A stretch of 64,000 nt of DNA from a virus. Its lineage: Duplodnaviria; Caudoviricetes. A model generated the notes under the pieces. The model did not search any database and was not told the DNA's origin. It worked only from the letters and a program-made list of their open reading frames with translations. Every line of letters begins with the position of its first letter. Position 1 is the first letter of the stretch. Both the position numbers and the translations under genes were made by a program. The stretch covers positions 1,338 to 65,337 of the IMG/VR virus record IMGVR_UViG_3300033067_000991, one strand, 5' to 3'. Shown here in pieces: positions 17,679 to 25,490 of the stretch.

Positions 17679-20600
17679 CTAGATTTTGCCGGATACGATG
17701 GTGGAACCGCTGATCGACGCCGAGCGGCTGGTGCTGTTGACCGAGCTGTTCGAGGCCGAGTTGGACGCGGACGAGGAGGCCGACTGCGCAGTAGACCGGC
17801 TGGTGCTGACGCTCTTGCTGGTCGAGGCGCTGGTAGAAGTGGAAGCGCTGCGGCCGAAGGAATCCGACAGGCTGGCGCTCAGGTTGACGCTGCTCATGGC
17901 CGAAGCCGCCAGGTTGCCGGCAATCTTGCCGCTGGCTTCCGCCACACTGGCGAAACTGGTCCACTTGGCCTGCACCACCGCGAGCACGGATTTGGTCGCC
18001 TCAACCTGCGCTTGCAGGGTCTTGATGGCCGAATCAATTTTGTAGCTCTCGATCTTCACATGCCCGTCGATCACCGCCACATCGGCATCGATACTGGTCT
18101 TGAACGCCCCCACTTCGCCCGTGTAGGCATTGATGAGCGCTTGTACCCGCCGGCTTTCGGCCTCGACCATGCCAGTAAAGGCACCCACTTCGGCCTGGAA
18201 TACCTGCACCGGCAGCTTTTTCAAGTCCGCCTTGGTCGAGACGATGGAGGCTTCCGCCTGCGCTTGCGCGGCAAAGCCCTGCACGTTCGACTTGTAGACA
18301 TCCAGGGGTAGGGCGGCTTTGCGTAGGGTCAGGTCCGCTTGCTTGGCGATCCCATCGACTTGCGCCGAGTAGCCGCGCAACTCCGCCTCATAGCCGTCGA
18401 TGGTCAGCTTCTGCTTATCGACTTCGGCGCCGACCTTGGCTTTCTCCGCATCGACCCGGGTGGCATAGCCGCGCACCTGCTTTTCGTAGACCTCGAAGGG
18501 TAGCTTGATATTCTCCGTCTCGATGGCCGCCTTGGTCTTGGCGGCGTCCACCTTGGCGGCAAACGCCCGCACCTGGCTATCGAAGCCATCGAAGCGCAAC
18601 CGTTCAATCGCTACAGCGGCATCCGCCTTGATCTTCACGCCATCGACTTCGCTGGCGTATCCCTTTACCTCGCTGTCGTAAATCTCATACGGCAGTTTGA
18701 CGATAGCTAGGTCCGTATCGGCTTTGATCTTCACTCCGTCAATCTGTGCGGCGTAGCCCTTCACCTGACTGTCGTAGACCGACAATGGCAGCTTGGCGAG
18801 TTCGATTTCCACGTCGGCCTTGACCTTTGCGCCTTCCATCTGCGCCGCAAACCCACGAATCTGCGTCTCGTAGCGCGACAAGGGCAGCTTGGCCAACTCA
18901 ATCTCGGTCTGGGCCTTGGTCTTGGCGCTGTCCACTTGCGCCGCATAGCCGCGTACCTGGGCCTCAAAGGCGTCGTAAGGCAGCTTGACGATGCTGATAT
19001 CCGACTCAACCCGCTTTACGCCGGCATCGACTTGGGCCGTGAAGCCGCGAATGGTGGAGTCGTACACGTCGGCGTCCAGCTTGGCGACCGAGACTTCCGC
19101 ATCCAACTGCGCCTTGACCGCCTCGATGTTCGCGGCGTACCCGCGCACTTTGGTTTCGTACAGGCCGAAGGGCAGCTTGATCACCTGTAAGTCCGCGTCG
19201 ATCTTCGCCTTCGCCCCATCCACCGCCGAGGCATAGCCGCGAATCCGCGACTCGTACACGTCGTAAGGCAGCTTGACCATGGCCAGGTCGATGTCGGCCT
19301 TGATCTTGGCGGCATCCACCTGAATGCCGTAACCGCGCATCTGGGTTTCGTAGAGGGACAGCGGCAACTTCGCCAGGTCGATTTCCGCGCCGGTCTTGGC
19401 CTTGGCCGCGTCCACCTGCGCCGAGTAGCCGCGAATCTGACTGTCGTACAGTTCAAACGGAAGCTTCGTCACCTGGATGTCGGTTTCGACCTTCTTGATG
19501 GCCGCATCGATTTTCGCCGTGTAGGCGCGCAGTTGGCTATCGTAGGTATCGATTCCCAGCTTGGCGACCGACACTTTCGACTCCAGGACCGCCTTGGCGG
19601 CGTCGATCTCGCCCACGTAACCGCGAATCTGCGTCTCGTACAGATCGAAGGGTAGCTTGATCACCGCCAGGTCTACATCGGCTTTCACCTTCGCCGCCTC
19701 AACCGCCGAGGCATAGCCGCGGATGCGGCTGTCGTAGACCTCGAAGGGCAGTTTGACGAGCGCCAATTCCACATCGGCCCGCGCCTTGGCGCCGTCCACC
19801 TGGGCGACGTAGCCACGAATCTCGGCCTCATAGACCGACAGGGGGAGCTTGGCCAATTCAATCTCGGTGGTGGCCTTGGTCCTGGCTGCCTCGACTTGTG
19901 CGGCATACCCGCGAATCTGTGACTCGTACAAGTCAAAGGGCAGTTTGGCAATCTGGATATCGCTCTCCACCTGCTTAACTGCCGCGTCGATTTGCGCGGC
20001 ATAGGCCCGCAGTTGGCTGTCGTACACGTCGATCCCCAGCTTGGCCAGGGTCGTCTTGGCTTCCAATTGGGCTTTGGTCGCGTCGATTTCGCCCAGATAC
20101 CCGCGAATCTGGCTGTCGTACAACTCGAAGGGCAGCCTCATGGTGGCCAGTTCCACATCGGCGCGGACCTTAGTCGCCTCAACGGCGGCCGAATACCCAC
20201 GAATCTGCGTGTCGTACACCTCGAATGGCAGCTTCACCAAAGCCAACTCGATGTCCGCCTTGGCTTTGGCGGCGTCGATTTGAGCGCTGTAGCCGCGTAG
20301 CTGCGTCTCGTACAGCGTCAACGGCAGTTTCGCCAAGTCGATTTCCATGGTGGACTTGGTACGGGCCGCTTCCACTTCGGCCGAGTACCCGCGAATCTGC
20401 GATTCATACAGGTCGAAAGGCAGCTTGGCGATTTGAATGTCACTCTCTACCTGCTTGACCGCGGCATCGATCTTCGCGGTGTAGGCCCGTAACTGGCTGT
20501 CGTAGACATCAATGCCGAGTTTGGCCACGGTGGTTTGCGATTCCAACTGCGCCTTGGTGGCCTCGACGCCGGTGGCATAGCCTTTGATTTGCGTGTCGTA

Positions 20601-23600
20601 CAGCTCGAACGGCAGACGCACCAGCGACAGGTCAACATCGGCGCGCACCTTGGCGGCTTCGACCGAGGCCGAGTAGCCGCGAATCTGCGTGTCGTAAACC
20701 TCATAGGGCAGCTTTACTAGCGCCAGTTCGATATCCGCCTTCGCCTTGGCCGCGTCAATCTGGGCGCTGTAGCCGCGCAACTGGCTGTCATAGAGCGACA
20801 GCGGCAGCTTGGCCAATTCCAGTTCGGTCGTCGCCTTGGTGCGGGCGGCTTCGACCATGGCCGCATAGCCCTGAATCTCGGCTGAATAGACCTCGACCGG
20901 GAACTTCTTGATGCGCAAGTCCACATCCGCCAGTTGCGTCTTGGCTTCCACCAGCGAGCGGAAGGCGTCGATCTTGGCCTTGTAGACATCCGCATCCACC
21001 TTGTAGGCTTCCAGTTCCCACAACGATGCGTTGACCGCCTTGCTCCAGGCGTCCCACTGGTTGGCGTTGGCCTGCGCTTCGGTGCTGTAGGCTTGGATGC
21101 GCGAGCCGAAGATTTCCACCTTGGCGCGCTCGTAATCCAGCTTCATGCGGGCGCCCTCGAACGCCAACTTGTTGGTCGTATCCCACACGCTCGCCTGCGC
21201 TTGCAGGATGGCGATCTCGGCATTGATGCGCGCCACATGCAGGTTGTACACCTGCACCAGCAATTCAATGCTGGCCCGCTGCGCCTCAAACAGCCGTTGC
21301 CGCATCTGGTTGGTGAAGTTCATCAACTGGGTTTCCAGTTGCAGCGCCGTACTGAAGGCAAACTGGCGGTTCTTCTGCTCCAGGTCCGCTTGCGCGATGG
21401 CGATGTTGCGGGATTCCTCGATGTTCTGATTGACCGCCGCTTGTTCGGCCTGCAATAGGGCATTCGCCATCATCGGCGCTGGCATCGTCCAGCCGGCCGC
21501 CGACCAGGCCCGCGTGACTGCTTTTTGCAGGCGGCGCGTCTCGGCATTGGTGCGGGCGCGGGCGCGATCCCACAGCGCTTGCTCGACGGCGGGCGCGATA
21601 CCGGTCGCCTCCTCGCCAGCTATCCAGGCTTGCAGCTTGGCATTGAAGCTCCGCAGCAAGTCGGATTCGTACATGGTTTCATCCCATGTCAGCGTGGGAA
21701 TCTCCAGAGTCGGCAACGGCGTGATGGGCGGCTGATTGAAGATGGTGACTTCCGGCGCCCCGTCGAAGACTGTGACCGGCGCTTCCGGCGCCACACCCGA
21801 GAACATTTGCGGGCGCTCCGGCATGACGATCACTGGCCGGGTGGCTTCCAAGGTCGGCTGGTCCGGCAAGGTTGGCAGCGTCACCGTTTCCGTAGCTGGC
21901 GCGGTCGGTGCGGCCGGCGCGACAAAAGACGCCGTACCAAGTTCCGGCGCGGCCGGCGCATTCGGGTAAGTCACGTCCACCGCCCCCGGCTGGCCCGGCG
22001 CCGCCGGCTGTTCCGGCATGGTGACTGACAGCGTGCCCAGAATTGGCGTTGCGGGCGCGGACGGGAAGCTGCTATCGATAGCCGGGATATTCGGCGCGCT
22101 GGGTTCGGTCGGCGGGTTGTAGCCGGACACGTTCGGCAACGTCGGTGCGGTCGGGGTCTGCGGCGCGACAAAGGCGGCTGAACTCAAGGTCGGCGCGGTC
22201 GGCACCGCCGGATAGGTCACGTCCACGGCGCCGGCCTGGCCCGGCGCGGCAGGCTGCTCCGGCATGGTCACGGATAGCGTGCCCAGTGTTGGCGTCGTCG
22301 GCGCCGCCGGGAAGTTGCTGTCAATCGTCGGCAGATTGGGCGCGGTCGGCGTGGACGGCGGGTTGTACCCAGACACGTTGGGCAGAACCGGCGCGGTCGG
22401 TACGGTGGGCGCGATAAAGCTCGCCGTGCCCACGGTCGGCCGGGTCGGCGCGTCGGGATAGGTCAGCGTGACCGCGCCGGGTTGGCCCGGGTCGTTCGGC
22501 TGCGTGGGCAGCGTGACCGATACCTGGCCCAGTGACGGACTAGCCGGCGCCTGCGGGAACTGGGTATCGACCACAGGGGTAGCCGGGGCCGCCGGTTCGG
22601 TGGGCGGCACATACGGGCTCACCTGCCCCACGGACGGGCTCTGCGGCGTGGTAGGCGCGACAAACGAGGCGGTACTGAGGGTGGGGGCGGTCGGCGGCTG
22701 GAACTCCGTCACAGTCACCGTACCCGGATTGCCGGGCTCGTCGGGCGGGGTCGGGATGTCGGCCGTGTAGCTGTCCAGGGTCGGCGCGGTCGGCGGCTCC
22801 GGAAACTGGTCCAGGCGGGTAATGACCGGCTGGCCCGGCGCCGTCGGCACGGTCGGCGGCGTGAACGCCAGCACTGGCCCCGGCGCGCCCGGGCGGGTCA
22901 GATCAGTTGGCGCGAGGTAGCTGGCGGTAGACAGGGCCGGCGCATCGCCGGGATCGGTCGGATACGTGACATTGATGCTGGTCGTCAGTTCCGGGTTCGG
23001 CGGCGGGTCCGGGATATTGACCGTCACGGACGCATTCAACGGCGGCGCAACTGGCGCGGGGTTTACCGTCACGTCGATGGGATTCGGCGTGGGCGCATCG
23101 CCGGGATCGGTCGGCGCGACAAACGTCGCCACGGCCCCCGAGTAATTCTGCTGGCCGGGCGCATCGCCGGGGTTAAAGGCAATCCCGCTGGCATCTACCT
23201 TCAGGGTCGCGGTCAACGACGGGATGGGGCCAAGCTGCAAGCTCTGGCCGTAATCGCTGGGCAGCGGGTCGGGCGCGTGCAGGTCCGGGAAGGTAATCGC
23301 CGTGTTGTCCGGCGTGTAACTGGGCGCCGGATTGGGAATGTTCAGCTTGAGTTGGTCAGCGGGAATCCGCTCCGGCTTGCCGGACTTGTCGATGGTTTCG
23401 GTGATGGGCGCCGGTTCTGGAATGGTCACGGGCGCAAACGGCGGCAGCACTGGCGGCTCATACGCCTTGATGTCTGTCATGGCATCGCCCAGGCCGGCAA
23501 TGGCGTCCTTGGCTACCTGGATCAGCCCCGTCGGGCCGCTGCCATCAGTCAGCCATTGCAGTGCGGCGGGGATGTAAGTACCGGCTATTTCAGCGGCTTT

Positions 23601-23615
23601 GGATTGGTCGGCCAT
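17679..23615 (-). CDS. 1978-aa virion protein: Pro-rich N-half, conserved hinge, 32-aa helical repeats, Ser-rich tail
   Basis: Long ORF in the late operon; hinge TGIAPAVEQALWDRAR..IAIAQADLEQKNRQFA. Confidence 0.9.
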   Translation of the reverse strand: MADQSKAAEIAGTYIPAALQWLTDGSGPTGLIQVAKDAIAGLGDAMTDIKAYEPPVLPPFAPVTIPEPAPITETIDKSGKPERIPADQLKLNIPNPAPSYTPDNTAITFPDLHAPDPLPSDYGQSLQLGPIPSLTATLKVDASGIAFNPGDAPGQQNYSGAVATFVAPTDPGDAPTPNPIDVTVNPAPVAPPLNASVTVNIPDPPPNPELTTSINVTYPTDPGDAPALSTASYLAPTDLTRPGAPGPVLAFTPPTVPTAPGQPVITRLDQFPEPPTAPTLDSYTADIPTPPDEPGNPGTVTVTEFQPPTAPTLSTASFVAPTTPQSPSVGQVSPYVPPTEPAAPATPVVDTQFPQAPASPSLGQVSVTLPTQPNDPGQPGAVTLTYPDAPTRPTVGTASFIAPTVPTAPVLPNVSGYNPPSTPTAPNLPTIDSNFPAAPTTPTLGTLSVTMPEQPAAPGQAGAVDVTYPAVPTAPTLSSAAFVAPQTPTAPTLPNVSGYNPPTEPSAPNIPAIDSSFPSAPATPILGTLSVTMPEQPAAPGQPGAVDVTYPNAPAAPELGTASFVAPAAPTAPATETVTLPTLPDQPTLEATRPVIVMPERPQMFSGVAPEAPVTVFDGAPEVTIFNQPPITPLPTLEIPTLTWDETMYESDLLRSFNAKLQAWIAGEEATGIAPAVEQALWDRARARTNAETRRLQKAVTRAWSAAGWTMPAPMMANALLQAEQAAVNQNIEESRNIAIAQADLEQKNRQFAFSTALQLETQLMNFTNQMRQRLFEAQRASIELLVQVYNLHVARINAEIAILQAQASVWDTTNKLAFEGARMKLDYERAKVEIFGSRIQAYSTEAQANANQWDAWSKAVNASLWELEAYKVDADVYKAKIDAFRSLVEAKTQLADVDLRIKKFPVEVYSAEIQGYAAMVEAARTKATTELELAKLPLSLYDSQLRGYSAQIDAAKAKADIELALVKLPYEVYDTQIRGYSASVEAAKVRADVDLSLVRLPFELYDTQIKGYATGVEATKAQLESQTTVAKLGIDVYDSQLRAYTAKIDAAVKQVESDIQIAKLPFDLYESQIRGYSAEVEAARTKSTMEIDLAKLPLTLYETQLRGYSAQIDAAKAKADIELALVKLPFEVYDTQIRGYSAAVEATKVRADVELATMRLPFELYDSQIRGYLGEIDATKAQLEAKTTLAKLGIDVYDSQLRAYAAQIDAAVKQVESDIQIAKLPFDLYESQIRGYAAQVEAARTKATTEIELAKLPLSVYEAEIRGYVAQVDGAKARADVELALVKLPFEVYDSRIRGYASAVEAAKVKADVDLAVIKLPFDLYETQIRGYVGEIDAAKAVLESKVSVAKLGIDTYDSQLRAYTAKIDAAIKKVETDIQVTKLPFELYDSQIRGYSAQVDAAKAKTGAEIDLAKLPLSLYETQMRGYGIQVDAAKIKADIDLAMVKLPYDVYESRIRGYASAVDGAKAKIDADLQVIKLPFGLYETKVRGYAANIEAVKAQLDAEVSVAKLDADVYDSTIRGFTAQVDAGVKRVESDISIVKLPYDAFEAQVRGYAAQVDSAKTKAQTEIELAKLPLSRYETQIRGFAAQMEGAKVKADVEIELAKLPLSVYDSQVKGYAAQIDGVKIKADTDLAIVKLPYEIYDSEVKGYASEVDGVKIKADAAVAIERLRFDGFDSQVRAFAAKVDAAKTKAAIETENIKLPFEVYEKQVRGYATRVDAEKAKVGAEVDKQKLTIDGYEAELRGYSAQVDGIAKQADLTLRKAALPLDVYKSNVQGFAAQAQAEASIVSTKADLKKLPVQVFQAEVGAFTGMVEAESRRVQALINAYTGEVGAFKTSIDADVAVIDGHVKIESYKIDSAIKTLQAQVEATKSVLAVVQAKWTSFASVAEASGKIAGNLAASAMSSVNLSASLSDSFGRSASTSTSASTSKSVSTSRSTAQSASSSASNSASNSSVNSTSRSASISGSTIVSGKI
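18180..21000 (-). repeat. 96-bp (32-aa) tandem coding repeats with a 480-bp (5-unit) higher-order period
   Basis: KLG/KLD unit recurs at about 19075, 19555, 20035 and 20515. Confidence 0.92.
21900..22700 (-). repeat. 246-bp (82-aa) Pro-rich coding repeats, each of five ~16-aa subunits
   Basis: F(V/I)AP marker at 21916, 22162, 22408 and 22654. Confidence 0.9.
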
Positions 23616-23624
23616 GACGGGTGC

Positions 23625-23876
23625 CTATTCGTTGACGAGGGTGTAACCGAGATCGTGGATGAGTACCCGGAATTGCGGGTCTTGGTCACGTTGCCAGAGC
23701 AGGTCTTTCAATCCTTCGTCCCACTCTTCCGTGTCGTCTTTGGGGGCCAGGTATTGCACGGCCGCCGCGGTCGGCTCAAAGCCGCCGTCCGGCCCGCCCG
23801 TGCTGTACACGGCAAAGGGCTCGCCCGGCGGGGTGATCTGTTCCGGCAACACGCCGGTGTAATGACGGTTGGCCAT
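23625..23876 (-). CDS. Hypothetical acidic protein
   Basis: ATG ORF packed into the late operon. Confidence 0.7.
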   Translation of the reverse strand: MANRHYTGVLPEQITPPGEPFAVYSTGGPDGGFEPTAAAVQYLAPKDDTEEWDEGLKDLLWQRDQDPQFRVLIHDLGYTLVNE

Positions 23877-23885
23877 GGGCTATAC

Positions 23886-25490
23886 CTATGCGTTGAACCA
23901 GGGGCGGGTCAGGTCTTCGGTTTCATGAATGATCGAGCCGGTTTCCGTGTCGATGAGCCAGTAGCCGGGATACCAGCCAGGTTCGTCAAAAGGAGTTTCG
24001 TAGAAGTCGCGCCACCCTGAAAAATATGATGGTGGAGACTTCACTAATGGCGAAGTCACAACATAGGTTGATGTAGTATTTCCAAGCTGTATTGTAATTT
24101 CAATCTCAGCAGATACATCAGCATCTTGGAAAAGATCTTCATCGCTCCGGTCAAAACCGGTCGCCATGCGTAGCTCATAGATTCCTGCCGGAGCTGATTG
24201 CTTATTATCAAATTCGGAAAAATCCGAGTCTGTCACATTGCCATCAAGAACTGAAGGACCGTAAGTTTTTCCGTATAGTTTTTCATAAACAGTATAGGCG
24301 CCAACGTCATCAGGGAATGGAGTTAATGGTGTAGGGTTAATCAATTGACCTGACAGCGATCTTTCTGTTGTAATCTGAACGCTTTCGGTATGCAAGTCAT
24401 TATATGTTGATGTGTATAAGCTGTGCTTATTTATGTCGTCGCTAGGGTGGTAGAGGTCGGCTTGAGTCTGTGGATATTCATTGTTATATGCGGCAATAAA
24501 CGTATGAACAGGAATCTGCTCTCGTCTATTGTATATGAACGGCCATGTCGTAAACGCCCCAAACTCACTAACGCTATACGTTATTGATGCACCTGAATAT
24601 CCTTGGTTATTATATATGTCTTTGCCAAGAAAGACCATTATATCTGTGGAGCCTTCGTAATTAAAATGGCCAGAGTAAGGGTATTGGTATTCTGTAGAGT
24701 TGTATCCGTATTGGGATTGAATTGTTATAATTTCATTTACTTCGGCTCGCCATTCATCCATGATTGCTGCATGAGTATAACTGTTGGCGTAAGCAATCCA
24801 TCTAATAATGCTTTTTCTTGTCGTATATTCGCCTGAGTCTATTGTGAATAAATTTCTTCCGCCCTTGGCATCCCTGCTATCATGCGGCAGTGACCGATCA
24901 TTTCCTTTCCATCCAGGCGGAAATAGAACAAGCCCTATAATTGGCGGAATATATTCTATATCATACTCATATAATGAGCTTTTGAATGGCGCTTCATTAT
25001 AATCTGGGAATAATTCTTCGTGCCAGTCCGCTCCATATAACCACCATCCACGCTGTAGTCCTTGCTCACGCTGATTGATAACCGTGTTTGTCGATTTGAG
25101 CAGTAATGATCTAGCCCCAATCCACAAATCACCCCCCTCAACCGGCACCAACTCTTCCCGGAAGTCCCGCTGATAACGGGCTGACTTGGGCGCTTCGTCC
25201 AGTTCTGGCGTGGCATCAGCAGTGACTGGCGCGATGTCCAGCGGCACGGGCGCCGGCAACGCCTCGGGCGCATAGATCGCCGCTGCCACCTGATCCCCAA
25301 ACCGCTGCAAGCACATCTGAATGCCGTCCGGCGTGGTCACGTTCCACACCCCGACTTCCCGGCCCATCGCCTCCATGCGCCGGGTCAGTTGCTGCATCAG
25401 CGCACGCGCCTGTGGCACGCACTGCATGGCGCGGGCGGTGTCCCCTTGGTAGGTAAAGCGGATCGCCGGGAATGGGTCGTAGTCGGTCAC
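23886..25490 (-). CDS. Tail-associated protein with conserved N-terminus and AT-rich, Tyr-rich C-terminal module
   Basis: GC drops sharply over about 24000-25110; ATGA overlap with the upstream gene. Confidence 0.75.
   Translation of the reverse strand: MTDYDPFPAIRFTYQGDTARAMQCVPQARALMQQLTRRMEAMGREVGVWNVTTPDGIQMCLQRFGDQVAAAIYAPEALPAPVPLDIAPVTADATPELDEAPKSARYQRDFREELVPVEGGDLWIGARSLLLKSTNTVINQREQGLQRGWWLYGADWHEELFPDYNEAPFKSSLYEYDIEYIPPIIGLVLFPPGWKGNDRSLPHDSRDAKGGRNLFTIDSGEYTTRKSIIRWIAYANSYTHAAIMDEWRAEVNEIITIQSQYGYNSTEYQYPYSGHFNYEGSTDIMVFLGKDIYNNQGYSGASITYSVSEFGAFTTWPFIYNRREQIPVHTFIAAYNNEYPQTQADLYHPSDDINKHSLYTSTYNDLHTESVQITTERSLSGQLINPTPLTPFPDDVGAYTVYEKLYGKTYGPSVLDGNVTDSDFSEFDNKQSAPAGIYELRMATGFDRSDEDLFQDADVSAEIEITIQLGNTTSTYVVTSPLVKSPPSYFSGWRDFYETPFDEPGWYPGYWLIDTETGSIIHETEDLTRPWFNA

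Noticed and set aside
18180-22700. Regular repeats that might be a CRISPR array
   Set aside because: They are in-frame degenerate coding repeats (96, 246 and 480 bp) with no constant repeat and unique spacer pattern
23886-25490. Diversity-generating retroelement target
   Set aside because: No reverse transcriptase and no template/variable repeat pair differing at adenines in the window
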